From an uncultured Chloroflexia bacterium (GTDB taxonomy: Bacteria > Chloroflexota > Anaerolineae > Promineifilales > Promineifilaceae): a DNA stretch of 64,000 bases. Positions 29,203 to 39,532 of this stretch are shown one piece after another; the first letter of the stretch is position 1, and each line of letters opens with the position of its first letter. Under the pieces are notes generated by a model. It saw nothing but the letters and a program-made list of their open reading frames with translations, did no database searches and was not told the DNA's origin. A program made the translations under genes and the position numbers. The stretch spans positions 156,985 to 220,984 of the forward strand of contig CAVYDY010000004.1 in the NCBI GenBank assembly GCA_963767495.1, read 5' to 3'.

Positions 29203-30579
29203 CTAGCGGGCAGCCAGCTTCGCGCCTTCGGCCGTGTCCTCGATCTCGTACCCCAGCTCACGAATCTGCTCACGCAGCGCATCCGCCTCAGCCCACCGTT
29301 TCTCCAGCCGCGCCTGATCCCGCTGCTGAACCAGGATCATGACCGCTTCCGGCGCCGCCTCCTGCGCCGGCTGCCAAGCCGCGAGGTCCAGTCCTAACAC
29401 TTTATCGAAGGCCAGTACAGTCCCCTTCTTGACGGAATCAGGCAGATCACTTTTTGCCAACTCCCAGGTCACTGCCAGCGCGCGCGGCATATTCAAATCA
29501 TCGTTGATCTGTGCCGTGAAACTCCGCAGGAAGCCCGCATCGGCCGTTCCCGGCGCGCCCCATGCGTAGACGGCCGTGCGCAGCCGGTTCAGCGCCGTTT
29601 GCGCCCCTGCCACGCCCTGCCAGTTGAAAGTCAGCTTCGATCGGTAATGACCGCCAAGGCAGAAGAAACGCCACACCAGCGGCTCATACCCTTCATCAAG
29701 CAGCGTCTGCAGGCGCAGGAAATTGCCGGCCGATTTGCCCATGCGCCCCGCATCCGACAGCTGCAAGAAATAGCCGTGCATCCAGAAATTGGCCAGGTTG
29801 GTGCCGTGACACGCCTGCGTCTGCGCGATCTCATTCGGATGGTGCACCATGATATGATCTTCGCCACCCGTATGGATATCAAAGAAGGGGCCGAGATACC
29901 TGGCCGACATGGCCGAGCATTCAATGTGCCAGCCGGGGAAGCCGACGCCCCAGGGGCTCTCCCATTCCATTTGCCGCTGTTCATCGGGCCGGCTGAACTT
30001 CCACAGTGCGAAATCGGTGGGCGAACGCTTTTCAGCCATCTCTACGCGCGCGCCGGCCTGCAGTCCCTCGATATCCAGGCGCGCCATACGGCCGTATTCC
30101 GGCATTCTGGCCGTATCGAAATAGACGCCGTCAGACGTCTCATACGTATATCCCTGCGCCTCAATGCAGCGGATGAAATCGATCTGATCCTGGATATGGT
30201 CCGTGGCCCGGCACCAGATGTCCGGCTCCAGGATATTCAACGCGCGCAGGTCATTCTGGAACGCCTCCGCGTAGAGTTCGGCGATCTCCCAGGCGGTCCG
30301 GCCCGTGCGCCGCGAACCGGTCTCCATCTTGTCTTCCCCCGTGTCAGCATCGGAGACCAGGTGCCCCACGTCGGTGATATTCATCACGTGGGTTACCTCA
30401 TACCCATTGAAGCTCAGAACGCGCCGCAGGATGTCGGAGAAGATGTAGGTGCGTAGATTGCCTATGTGCGCGTAATCGTAGACCGTCGGCCCACAGGAAT
30501 AAAGACCGACCTGCGGCGGGTTCAATGCTTCGAATTCGCGCAAGCTGCGCGTCAAGGTGTCATATAAGCGAAATTCCAT
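29203..30579 (-). CDS. cysS: cysteine--tRNA ligase
   Basis: CGPTVYDYAHIGNLR (HIGH motif), GGEDHIMVHHPNE, and the KMSKS-like RMGKSAGN. Length is typical of CysRS. Confidence 0.93.
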   Translation of the reverse strand: MEFRLYDTLTRSLREFEALNPPQVGLYSCGPTVYDYAHIGNLRTYIFSDILRRVLSFNGYEVTHVMNITDVGHLVSDADTGEDKMETGSRRTGRTAWEIAELYAEAFQNDLRALNILEPDIWCRATDHIQDQIDFIRCIEAQGYTYETSDGVYFDTARMPEYGRMARLDIEGLQAGARVEMAEKRSPTDFALWKFSRPDEQRQMEWESPWGVGFPGWHIECSAMSARYLGPFFDIHTGGEDHIMVHHPNEIAQTQACHGTNLANFWMHGYFLQLSDAGRMGKSAGNFLRLQTLLDEGYEPLVWRFFCLGGHYRSKLTFNWQGVAGAQTALNRLRTAVYAWGAPGTADAGFLRSFTAQINDDLNMPRALAVTWELAKSDLPDSVKKGTVLAFDKVLGLDLAAWQPAQEAAPEAVMILVQQRDQARLEKRWAEADALREQIRELGYEIEDTAEGAKLAAR

Positions 30580-30589
30580 CCATACCTTT

Positions 30590-30997
30590 CTAATCCGCCA
30601 GCCAGGTCATCAAGCCGCCAACGTCGCTCATAACAATGAAGAAGAACAAAACAATGCCAACGAAATAGGCGTACACCTCGCCACGGCTGATGAAATCCGG
30701 CACACCCTGCCACAGTTTGGCAACCGCCAGCGCAATGGCAAAGGGCGTCGAGGCCAGCACCATAAACATCAACACCATGACCGGCATATAGAGTAGAGAG
30801 ACCGCCCCGGCATCCTTCGGATCAGGCTGGCCATAGGCCGGCAGGTGACCCACCTGAACCGCCGCTGCGATGACAAAAATGGCGAACAGCAGCAGCCATA
30901 TGAGGGGAAGGTAGATCAGGATCTTGAAAATCAGGTGCAGGAGTCTCATGCCCCAGCGTTCAGCGATGCTCTGTTTTTTGGGTTCCGGTGAAGTCAT
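30590..30997 (-). CDS. integral membrane protein, unknown function
   Basis: Four hydrophobic helices. It ends 11 nt upstream of cysS, so the two are probably co-transcribed. Confidence 0.6.
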   Translation of the reverse strand: MTSPEPKKQSIAERWGMRLLHLIFKILIYLPLIWLLLFAIFVIAAAVQVGHLPAYGQPDPKDAGAVSLLYMPVMVLMFMVLASTPFAIALAVAKLWQGVPDFISRGEVYAYFVGIVLFFFIVMSDVGGLMTWLAD

Positions 30998-31167
30998 GGG
31001 GTAACAAGCTCTCTCTTCGTGCGATTCAACGAAGAACCGATGGTTGATGCTTTCTTCTTGTGCTTTTCGTGCCCTGAATATACTGCGGCTTGCAGAAAAC
31101 TGAAAGTCCGCTGCCCGATTTTCATCGCGGCATCATTGCCGCCCAACGGCCGTTCATATGCCGCCGC

Positions 31168-31851
31168 CTAGTACTGAATCACCTGCGGCACCAGCGGCAC
31201 CACTTGCGTGACCCACAGCCTCATATCATCTATGCCGAGATGCCCTTTGTATACCCGCTTCTCTTCATTGATCCGCATGAGCGTTTCATACATCACGACG
31301 TAATCTGAATTGGCCACCTTCTCCACCGTATCATACGGCGAATCAACGAGCAGCCTGGCGAATTTCGGGCCAACCCATTTCATTCTTGCTACATCGGTTA
31401 GTTTCGTCAATACCAGCAGCGTACTCTCGTCAATCTGCTGCGCCTCCGCGAACGCGCGTCTGCTCTCGGGGGTGAGCACGTGCGGAAAGAGCTGCTTGGT
31501 CTGCTTGATGCCGGCCTCCTGCAGTCTGACCATGACCGCCGCATCGACGCCCGGAAAATCCGAAAAAGCGATCGGCTTCGGTTCGTAACTGTTCACCTCC
31601 CGCCGCAGAACGGTCAGATAGTCGACTGGCAGGCCCGTCTCAGCGGCGAAGGAGGCCACGGCCGTTTTCGTCTTCAACGCTTTTTGCAGCTGCGCCAGAT
31701 TTTCGATGCCATGCTGCCGCAAGCAGGCGAAGCGCGCGTCAACATCGTCCAATAGAATCTGCTGGCTGGGCAGCAGGCGGCCGGTGGTGATGATCTCCTT
31801 TAGCCGCTCAACCGTGAACCTGCCTAAGTCGATAGTGTAGCCCGTCTCCAT
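31168..31851 (-). CDS. DUF4332-like (helix-hairpin-helix) domain protein
   Basis: Repeated HhH-like segments (GIENLAQLQ, AGIKQTKQL, WVGPKFARLLVDSPYDTVEKV). Start placed at the ATG at 31851, which has GGAGG 7 nt upstream. Confidence 0.5.
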   Translation of the reverse strand: METGYTIDLGRFTVERLKEIITTGRLLPSQQILLDDVDARFACLRQHGIENLAQLQKALKTKTAVASFAAETGLPVDYLTVLRREVNSYEPKPIAFSDFPGVDAAVMVRLQEAGIKQTKQLFPHVLTPESRRAFAEAQQIDESTLLVLTKLTDVARMKWVGPKFARLLVDSPYDTVEKVANSDYVVMYETLMRINEEKRVYKGHLGIDDMRLWVTQVVPLVPQVIQY

Positions 31852-31941
31852 GAGACGCCCTCCGAAACCGAACAAAGATCTTGCCGATCGGCGCAGATTA
31901 TTTGCCGGATCTGTGAAATCTGCGCAATCTATGATTTTCCC

Positions 31942-32790
31942 TCAGGCAAGCCCGGCAAACAAGTCAGCGGCGATGGTCCCGCTGCATACCTTACTGACCG
32001 GGCCAGTCATCGTTGCCGCAAAATCCCTGTCAAACGCGATTTTGATCTCGCCGCCTGGCATATGCACAGTGATTTGTGCGTCGCAAAGGCCCAGTTTGTG
32101 GGCGACCGCCGCCGCCGCCGTGCTGCTGCTGCCCGAGGCCAGCGTATATCCCGCGCCCCTTTCCCATATTTCGATCTTGATATTCGATCGATCAATCACC
32201 TGCATGAACTGCACGTTGGTGCGCCGTGGAAAGCGCGCCTCCACCTCGATCAGCGGGCCATAACGCAGCGTTTCTTCTTCCTCCGGCTCCTGTTCAGACA
32301 GCACGACGCAATGTGGGTTGCCCACCGTCGCCGCGCAAAATACCAGGTCACGGCCGTTGATCAGCAGCGTTTCCCTAAGCACCTCGCGCGGCGGACCGTC
32401 CACGGGAATCAGTGCGCTGTCGAAACTAACCCTGCCCATCTCGACGGTCACCAGACGGCCGTCCGCGCTCAGCTCACAAACCACGGCACCGCCAGGCGTC
32501 TCCACGCTGAAGAGGCGCTCAGCACTCAATCCATCATCGACGAGCGACCGCGCAAAAATACGCAGCCCATTGCCGCTCTTCTCAGCCTCACTGCCGTCCG
32601 GGTTGAAGATTCGCAGCCCAAAATCGCACGTCTCGCTCGCCGACGGACCCAGCAGTATCCCATCAGAGCCGACACCATAATTACGGTGGCAGATCCGGCG
32701 GATCAGCGCCGGCGAAACTGTTTCCGCCAGATCGGCGGGATGAATCACGATATAATCATTTCCCAGCGCATGATATTTGCTGAATCTCAT
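31942..32790 (-). CDS. dapF: diaminopimelate epimerase
   Basis: MRFSKYHALGNDYIV, NPDGSEAEKSGNGLR, and a second active-site region ERGAGYTLASGSS. Confidence 0.9.
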   Translation of the reverse strand: MRFSKYHALGNDYIVIHPADLAETVSPALIRRICHRNYGVGSDGILLGPSASETCDFGLRIFNPDGSEAEKSGNGLRIFARSLVDDGLSAERLFSVETPGGAVVCELSADGRLVTVEMGRVSFDSALIPVDGPPREVLRETLLINGRDLVFCAATVGNPHCVVLSEQEPEEEETLRYGPLIEVEARFPRRTNVQFMQVIDRSNIKIEIWERGAGYTLASGSSSTAAAAVAHKLGLCDAQITVHMPGGEIKIAFDRDFAATMTGPVSKVCSGTIAADLFAGLA

Positions 32791-33122
32791 TGCTGCTCAT
32801 CCTCTTCTCCAGCGCGCCACCAGACCGCGCCGCTCACCCCAAGTGTACACTAAATACCCTCGTTTGCTGTCCTAATTCCGGCGACATTATGTCAATTATT
32901 TTTCCGGTAGCAGCTGCCAGCAGCACGTCCAAAACCAGACCAACACATGCCACAACATACCGGAAACGTTATGTCAACATTGCAATAATTGTACGACAAA
33001 GCCGGATTTTCTCGCACCCAGACAGCTCCTCGAAAAAACCGTTTTCTAACAGCGCTGCAACTTCCTGGCGAGGCGCTGCGTAGTAAAGGATAATGCACAT
33101 GCCAACAAAGGATACCGCATAG

Positions 33123-34304
33123 ATGTTTGATGCAGAGGAAAGAACGCGCCGCTGGCGGCTGGTCCTCGGCCAGGATCCGGACAGCGAACAAGGCGGCGGC
33201 GAGAGCGGCGAAGGGCAGGAATCGGCGGACGGACTCTCCCCTGAGGACCAGGCGCTCGATCAGGCGCTGGAAACTCTCTACGGCGATGGGGATGAGGGCG
33301 ATCTCAGTGACTCAGCGCCCGACCTCGCCCGCTGGCTGGGGGACATCCGCTCCTATTTCCCCGACAACGTGGTGCACATTATGCAGCGCGACGCCCTACA
33401 GCGTTTCAAGCTGCGCAACGTCCTCGATCAACCGGAACTTCTGGCGGCAATAGAGCCGGATGTCCACCTGGTAGCCGATATCCTGGCCCTCAACAAGGTG
33501 ATGCCCGTGCAGACGCGTGAGTCGGCGCGCGACGTGGTGCGCCAGGTCGTTGAGGAGATGCGTGAGAAGTTGACGTACCCTCTGGAACAGGCGATTAAAG
33601 GCAGCCTGAATCGGGCGACACGCACCCGGCGGCCGCGCTTCAAAGAGATTAACTGGGGGCGCACGATTCACAAGAACCTCAAGCATTACCAGCCGGCGCA
33701 GCAGACAATCGTGCCCGAAACGCTGGTCGGCTACGGCCGTAAACGATCGTCGCTGCGCGATATTATCATCGCCCTGGACACCAGCGGCTCTATGGCCACA
33801 TCGGTGGTTTACGGAAGCATCTATGCCGCCGTGCTGGCCACGATTCCCGCTGTCTCCACACATCTGGTGATGTTCGACACCTCAGTGGTTGACCTGACCG
33901 AAGAGATGAGCGATCCGGTCGATCTCCTCTTCGGCATTCGCCTGGGCGGCGGCACCAATATCGACCGCGCTCTCGCCTACTGCCAGAATCTTGTGTCACG
34001 CCCGCAGGATACCGTGCTGGTCCTGATCAGCGATCTTTTCGAAGCAGGGAACAAGGAAGGGGTCGTGCAGCGCCTCTCTGACCTAACGGCCGGCGGCGTC
34101 AAAGTGGTCACCCTGCTCGCCCTCAATGACAAAGGGGCGCCCCGCTTCAATCGTGAGATCGCCGGGCAGCTGGCGGAGCTCGGTCTGCCCTCCTTCGCCT
34201 GCACGCCCGATCTTTTCCCCGACCTGATGGCCGCCGTCCTCGAAGAGCGCGATCTGTTCCATTGGGCGGCCGTCAACGACGTCGTCACCGCGCCCGATAA
34301 CTAG
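33123..34304 (+). CDS. VWA domain protein (CoxE/YehP-like)
   Basis: The MIDAS-type motif appears as IIIALDTSGSM, followed by GGGTNI and LISDLFE. Acidic N-terminal region. Confidence 0.75.
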   Translation: MFDAEERTRRWRLVLGQDPDSEQGGGESGEGQESADGLSPEDQALDQALETLYGDGDEGDLSDSAPDLARWLGDIRSYFPDNVVHIMQRDALQRFKLRNVLDQPELLAAIEPDVHLVADILALNKVMPVQTRESARDVVRQVVEEMREKLTYPLEQAIKGSLNRATRTRRPRFKEINWGRTIHKNLKHYQPAQQTIVPETLVGYGRKRSSLRDIIIALDTSGSMATSVVYGSIYAAVLATIPAVSTHLVMFDTSVVDLTEEMSDPVDLLFGIRLGGGTNIDRALAYCQNLVSRPQDTVLVLISDLFEAGNKEGVVQRLSDLTAGGVKVVTLLALNDKGAPRFNREIAGQLAELGLPSFACTPDLFPDLMAAVLEERDLFHWAAVNDVVTAPDN

Positions 34305-34551
34305 GCATCCACGAATCCACAAACTACTGCCCAACAGAGGCGCAAGATTGTGCATCCCCACAAGATCGCAAGTCTTAACGTCTCTGCGGCGTCTAGCCGA
34401 TGTGGAAAGAGCCCTAAAATCGACTTGAGAGCTCTTCGTCCTTTGAACGATCTTTACCGGCCCGGCACTCTACATTGTATCAGCGCCTATGGGAATCAAG
34501 GGCCAAATCGTTGATACAATAAAAGGCCTCAGCCAAGATAAATGTCAACGA

Positions 34552-35388
34552 CTACGGGAGGTAGCTGTTGACGAAATCCAGGACATTCTGTCTGTCCATA
34601 CGGAAAACGCCGCCGGTACCCCTGCAGTTTCCGTTCAGACCAAAAGAAGTTACGCCACCGACCACATTGCTGTCGTAAATGAAATTCGGCCCACCCGAAT
34701 CACCAAAGCATGTCCCGCCGGTTGAGTGGTTGTTGGACAGAAGAAGCGAAAAATCTCCGGTCGAGCCGGGTGCGTTTATGGCGTTCAGCTTCGGGTTAGC
34801 AAACATGCGCACTTTGTCTGCTGATTCGTATACCGGGCTGATGTACTGCAGTCCATAGCCGACTGCCGTAAACCACAATTCATGCTTTCCTCGCTGCTTC
34901 GCGTATTTATCGAGTTCGTCAGCCTCCGGCAGTACGCCAAATTCCTCAATGGGCACGCCGTATTCATCAGTAACGACACCAGGATCTTCAAGAATAACCA
35001 CGCCTACATCATTGTAGAAGAAAGGCGCAGTTTCATAGGACGGGTGAGCATGCCACGAGACTGCTTCTACGCTGTTGGGTCCCGAGAGAGGGTAATTGTT
35101 GTCGCCATTTTCGACATCCGATTCGATAAAGACACGCATGCCCGTGAAAGGCTCATCCGGGTAATTTGACGTGCAATGACCAGCGGTCAGGACAACGGTC
35201 GGCGAAAGCAAGGTCGCACTGCAGCGGAAGGCTGGTGCTCCACCGACTTCCATTAAGAGCAAAACCACATGGGGATGGCCATCTTCGTCCAGTTCGCCAT
35301 TTGTAATTGCCGACGCGCCGGCAACTATCCCCAACATAAAGACCAGGACGACGGCCGTAACGATCAATAAGCTTTTCTTGTTGTTCAT
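34552..35388 (-). CDS. secreted trypsin-like serine protease (S1 family)
   Basis: Signal/anchor KKSLLIVTAVVLVFMLGIVAGASA. Catalytic motifs LTAGHC and CFGDSGGP. Confidence 0.88.
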   Translation of the reverse strand: MNNKKSLLIVTAVVLVFMLGIVAGASAITNGELDEDGHPHVVLLLMEVGGAPAFRCSATLLSPTVVLTAGHCTSNYPDEPFTGMRVFIESDVENGDNNYPLSGPNSVEAVSWHAHPSYETAPFFYNDVGVVILEDPGVVTDEYGVPIEEFGVLPEADELDKYAKQRGKHELWFTAVGYGLQYISPVYESADKVRMFANPKLNAINAPGSTGDFSLLLSNNHSTGGTCFGDSGGPNFIYDSNVVGGVTSFGLNGNCRGTGGVFRMDRQNVLDFVNSYLP

Positions 35389-35694
35389 TCGAAATCACTC
35401 CTCAATCATCATTTGTAGGTTACCGGAAGCCTGAATTTCTGCTGCAGCCAGCAGGCGCAGCACAATGAGGCGCGGTAAGCGGCCAACAAAACCTGGTGAT
35501 CAGCCTTCTGACAATAGGCAACACCTCCTTTTTTTTGAACAATGAATCTTGGGTGGCTCCAGACACCGCTCAGTAACTTGAGCTTAGCAGCTATCGACAA
35601 TTTTGTCTATTGACTTTTATCAGGCTCGGCCTGCCAGGTTGGCTACTCTGCGTTCGTCGCTGCGACCCCACTCGGGTCCCAACTTCTCGCTCAC

Positions 35695-36516
35695 CTACGC
35701 ACCAAAATATCGATCCAGGAAACGCAGGGTCTGCTGCCAGGCATCTCCCGCGGCGCCCGGCTGGTCGTAGTTTTCCTCGGTAAGAAAAGCGTGCCCCACA
35801 TCGGGATAGATCGTGATCTCGTTCTCAATGTCCAGGCTGTTCAGTGCCGCCTCAAATTCGAGCACCTCTTCCGGAAAGATCGTGTTGTCTTCCTCGGCAA
35901 AGATACCAAGGACGGGCTGATCGTTCGTCAGTGGATAGAGGAGCGCCGGTTCGGTCACGACAGCTCCGTAATAGAGGATGGTCAGGGCGAGATTCTCCGA
36001 TTGGCGCAGGCCGAGCTGCAGGGAATGACCGCCGCCGAAGCAGAAGCCCATGGAAGCCACGCGATTGACATCAACCCCGTCCAGGCTGCGCAGGTGAGCC
36101 AGGGCGCTGTCCATATCCCCTTCTACCTGGGCAGTAGGCGTGCCCAGCCGCAGCCAGAGCGCACGTGGAATCGTGCTGGCGAGCTCCCCGCGATACCCGT
36201 CCGGCGCGAATACGACGTACCCTTCCTCGGCAAGCGCATCGGCCAGGATCGTGATGCCCTCGTTCAGACCCCACCACTCATGGATCAGTAGGACTGCCGG
36301 ATACGTTCCCGGCTCCGACGGTGCGCTCAGATAACCAAGTAGTTCATTGCCGTCGCTGTCGGTATAGGAGACATTGGCAAAATCGGCCGTCTTGTCACCA
36401 GTAAGCGTATCCCAAACGAACATGCCGCCCAGGATAATAACCCCGGCGAGAATGATGAGCCCGACACCGATACCAATTCTACGCAGCCAAATACGCGCTG
36501 TTGATTGTTCTTTCAT
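35695..36516 (-). CDS. membrane-anchored dienelactone hydrolase family protein
   Basis: N-terminal TM helix. LLIHEWWGLN, the nucleophile elbow GFCFGG, and C-terminal YPDVGHAF. Confidence 0.85.
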   Translation of the reverse strand: MKEQSTARIWLRRIGIGVGLIILAGVIILGGMFVWDTLTGDKTADFANVSYTDSDGNELLGYLSAPSEPGTYPAVLLIHEWWGLNEGITILADALAEEGYVVFAPDGYRGELASTIPRALWLRLGTPTAQVEGDMDSALAHLRSLDGVDVNRVASMGFCFGGGHSLQLGLRQSENLALTILYYGAVVTEPALLYPLTNDQPVLGIFAEEDNTIFPEEVLEFEAALNSLDIENEITIYPDVGHAFLTEENYDQPGAAGDAWQQTLRFLDRYFGA

Positions 36517-36931
36517 TCATTCTTCCTTTGTCTGATTGCAGTCTGCCACTTGTCCCCCATTGTAGTATGAGCGTCTGTAAAAGCCGCAGCACTTCTCAAA
36601 TGATACTGATATTGAGGGCAGCCATCGCGCAAACTGAACGAGGGCGACAACGAACGCGAGGTCACCTGACTGGAGCTGTCTAATGACCGGGCGTATGTCG
36701 TGCTTGTCGCCCAGGCAGCCAGGCTCGCTGCTGCCGGCGCCGCTGCTGGTGATTCCGGCGGCCGTTGGCGTTCGCATGTGGATAACCGTGCCGGCCATGG
36801 CGCGGAATGCGCAGCCCGCCTCTCAAGCAAGCCATTTCGCACGCTTGCTTGATGCTGCACGAGACGCCCCTGAGCGGGCGGATCTGGACCCTAGAAGCGT
36901 ACCTATGCTCGCTTTTCCCGCTTAGGAAAGC

Positions 36932-36941
36932 CCTTGCGCCG
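36932..36941. repeat. target-site duplication, left copy (CCTTGCGCCG)
   Basis: Identical 10-mer abutting both IS ends. Confidence 0.8.
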
Positions 36942-38229
36942 CACGGTTTTTCCAAAGTCAGCCATATGACGATAGGGCAAGGGTAAACTTAGCATCGAAT
37001 TTGCGCCGAGCTGATGCCAGATTGCGAAAACCAAGCTTGCTCATTAGGCCGATGATGAAATTGTTTAGGACGGCCATTGCTTCGGCCAGATAATCGTTGG
37101 ACATACGAGTCCCATCTTCATCCAAGGTAACATCGCGGCGATAGTGCAAACCATTTTCGATACCCCAATGATTCCGCGTCCACTCTAATAGTTGTTTTGC
37201 AGATGCTTTCTCCGGTGACATGCTCGTGATGCCAACGACCTCATCAATGGAAATGACGCCAGTCGTCATCTCAGTCACTTTTCTCTCCAACTTGAATACC
37301 TGCTGCAGACCAGGCCAGTCAATAAATCCGCTGTCATCCGCAATTACTGTCAGAGTCCGTTGCTCCAGACGTCCATGCCCCTTTTCTGTTGTCTGTGCCT
37401 CGCCCCGTACTAGTTCTGGTGCATGCCAACCGAGCGCTCTTCTTGCTGGTGCGAAGAACTGTTCAACATCTTCTTTCAGACGCGGCTGATTGCCCTTCAC
37501 AAACCACAAGTAATCGCCACCTTCATAGAGTACCTGGGCCGACAAGTTGCGTTGGGTGAACAGGGCATCACCGACCACAACACGCCCCCTGAGGTCCAAA
37601 GATGTTAAGATGCGTGGCGCTGCAGTCAGTTCACTCTCTTTGCACTCTACTGCCACCTGCATCAAGACAATCCCTTCTTCGGGAAGATAGGCCACCAGTA
37701 AGTGCACGCCACTGGATTCTCCTTTTGGAATCGTCCCCCGTAATGTCTTGCCGTCCAGGGTGACCAGTATGCTTTGCTGACCGCCATAGGTTTGATGCAG
37801 GAAGCGATTGAAGACTGTCTGTAACTCTTCAGCTATGACTGTCTCTGCCAGTGTCCGCCGTATGGTGTTGAGTGAGGGCACTGTCTGCCGCTCGGCGCTA
37901 AAGGCGATTGCCAACTGTTTTTCCCGCAGTTTCGCCCACTCGGCAATTGCACTGGGCTTATTCTGCCCGCAAAGCTTGGCCAAAACGATGATGCTCAATA
38001 GATATGGTAACGAGTATCGTATCCCTCGCCGGCTCCGCTGGTCGCTGACCTGCTGCAAATGCTCCATGAATGCATGAATATCAAAGACAACCCCATCCGA
38101 CAAAACGCCTTCCAATGTGATATGATCTTGCATGAGAACCTCTTTCGTTATTTGGTTTTTGAGCAAATCCCATAATAACAGATTGAGGTTCTTTCGTTTT
38201 ATATCTTTTTCGACTTTGGAAAAGCCCTG
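36942..38229 (-). mobile_element. ISAs1-family insertion sequence (1288 bp) with 18-bp imperfect terminal inverted repeats
   Basis: The left end is CACGGTTTTTCCAAAGTC (36942-36959). The reverse complement of the right end (38212-38229) is CAGGGCTTTTCCAAAGTC, so 16 of 18 positions match. Flanked by an identical 10-bp direct repeat. Lower GC than its surroundings. Confidence 0.85.
36958..38133 (-). CDS. ISAs1-family DDE transposase
   Basis: The N-terminal DDE_Tnp_1_assoc-like region is DQRSRRGIRYSLPYLLSIIVLAKLCGQ. LDGKTLRGT, DALFTQ and NHWGIENGLHYRRDVTLDED are hallmarks of ISAs1/H-repeat transposases. ATG at 38133 has an AGAGG RBS. Confidence 0.9.
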   Translation of the reverse strand: MQDHITLEGVLSDGVVFDIHAFMEHLQQVSDQRSRRGIRYSLPYLLSIIVLAKLCGQNKPSAIAEWAKLREKQLAIAFSAERQTVPSLNTIRRTLAETVIAEELQTVFNRFLHQTYGGQQSILVTLDGKTLRGTIPKGESSGVHLLVAYLPEEGIVLMQVAVECKESELTAAPRILTSLDLRGRVVVGDALFTQRNLSAQVLYEGGDYLWFVKGNQPRLKEDVEQFFAPARRALGWHAPELVRGEAQTTEKGHGRLEQRTLTVIADDSGFIDWPGLQQVFKLERKVTEMTTGVISIDEVVGITSMSPEKASAKQLLEWTRNHWGIENGLHYRRDVTLDEDGTRMSNDYLAEAMAVLNNFIIGLMSKLGFRNLASARRKFDAKFTLALSSYG

Positions 38230-38239
38230 CCTTGCGCCG
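38230..38239. repeat. target-site duplication, right copy (CCTTGCGCCG)
   Basis: Identical 10-mer abutting both IS ends. Confidence 0.8.
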
Positions 38240-38353
38240 GCGCTGACTTAGCCTCGTTGTCACCGTTTGTTATAATCAGAGTCGTTTCGTAAAGACAGAC
38301 AGATTCCATAGCTTGAAAATCTGAGGTATCCTGGCCTCATTTCTGGAGTATTT

Positions 38354-39532
38354 ATGCTGCAATCTTTTCCGTCGGCAGACGAGCAGGTAGCGGCGGCAAC
38401 GGCCGTCTTGCTGGACACCTTCCCGGTTGATTCCGCCGACATTCGCCAAGTTTTTATGCCCTACCGCATCTGCCCCTTGGGGGCGCACATCGATCACCAG
38501 GGAGGGCACGTGCTCGGCCGGACGATCAATACAGGCACGGCGCTTGTCTACGTCCCCCTGGACAAGGCAGAAATTCAACTGGCCAGCCCAAACTTTTCCG
38601 GCTCGATCACCTTTCCCATCGGCACGGCGGTGCAGCCCGATCATTGGGCGCGATATGCCCAGGGCGCCGCGCTGGCACTGGACAAGAATTATGCGCTGAG
38701 CAGAGGGTTTGCCGGCGTCAGCAGCGGCACGCTAATTGGTGCGGGTCTTAGTTCTTCGGCGGCGGTGGGATTGGCTTACCTGCAAGCATTGGCCGACGTG
38801 AACGATCTGTTCCTCGGTGATACAGCATTGGTGGAGCTGGATTACCAGCTGGAACACGCGCATCTGGGCCTACAGAACGGCATCCTCGATCAAAGCAGTA
38901 TTTTGTACGGGCAGGAAGATGCCCTTGTATACATTGACACCCGCTACCGGCAAATACGCCTTGTGCCCGATCCCCCGCAGACAGAGGGTGTGGGCTGGCT
39001 GATCATTCATTCGGGCATCGCCCGTGAGTTAACAAAGAGCGGCGGCTACAATAAGAGCGTCGATGAATGCCGCGGAGCGGCACAGTGGCTCTCCCCGGAA
39101 GCTATCGTGCTGTCTGACGTGCCCCGCAATCTGTTCGACGATCACGCTGCAAAGATGCCTGATCACCTGCGCCGCCGCGCGACCCATTTCTTCGGCGAAG
39201 TGGATCGGGTCAGTGACGGCGTGGAGGCGTGGGAACAAAATGATATCGGCCGTTTCGGCGCATTGATGAACGATTCTTGTGCGAGCTCGATTTATCAATA
39301 CGGGTCGGGACAGGACGAAATCATCGCCCTCCACGAAATTGTCAGCGGGGCCAGCGGCGTCTTTGGCAGCCGGTTCAGCGGCGGCGGCTACGGCGGATGC
39401 GTTATTGGGTTGGTCGATCGCGCACAAGCGGAAGAAGCCGCAGCCCAGATTTTGGGAGCATACCGTGAGAAGTTCCCCGAACTGGCCGATAAGGCAGCGG
39501 TCTACCTGGTTGAGAACGGGGCGCACGGTTGA
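38354..39532 (+). CDS. GHMP-family sugar 1-kinase (galactokinase-like)
   Basis: The galactokinase-signature-like region is RICPLGAHIDHQGG. The GHMP motif appears as GAGLSSSAAV. C-terminal SGGGYGGC. Confidence 0.8.
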   Translation: MLQSFPSADEQVAAATAVLLDTFPVDSADIRQVFMPYRICPLGAHIDHQGGHVLGRTINTGTALVYVPLDKAEIQLASPNFSGSITFPIGTAVQPDHWARYAQGAALALDKNYALSRGFAGVSSGTLIGAGLSSSAAVGLAYLQALADVNDLFLGDTALVELDYQLEHAHLGLQNGILDQSSILYGQEDALVYIDTRYRQIRLVPDPPQTEGVGWLIIHSGIARELTKSGGYNKSVDECRGAAQWLSPEAIVLSDVPRNLFDDHAAKMPDHLRRRATHFFGEVDRVSDGVEAWEQNDIGRFGALMNDSCASSIYQYGSGQDEIIALHEIVSGASGVFGSRFSGGGYGGCVIGLVDRAQAEEAAAQILGAYREKFPELADKAAVYLVENGAHG

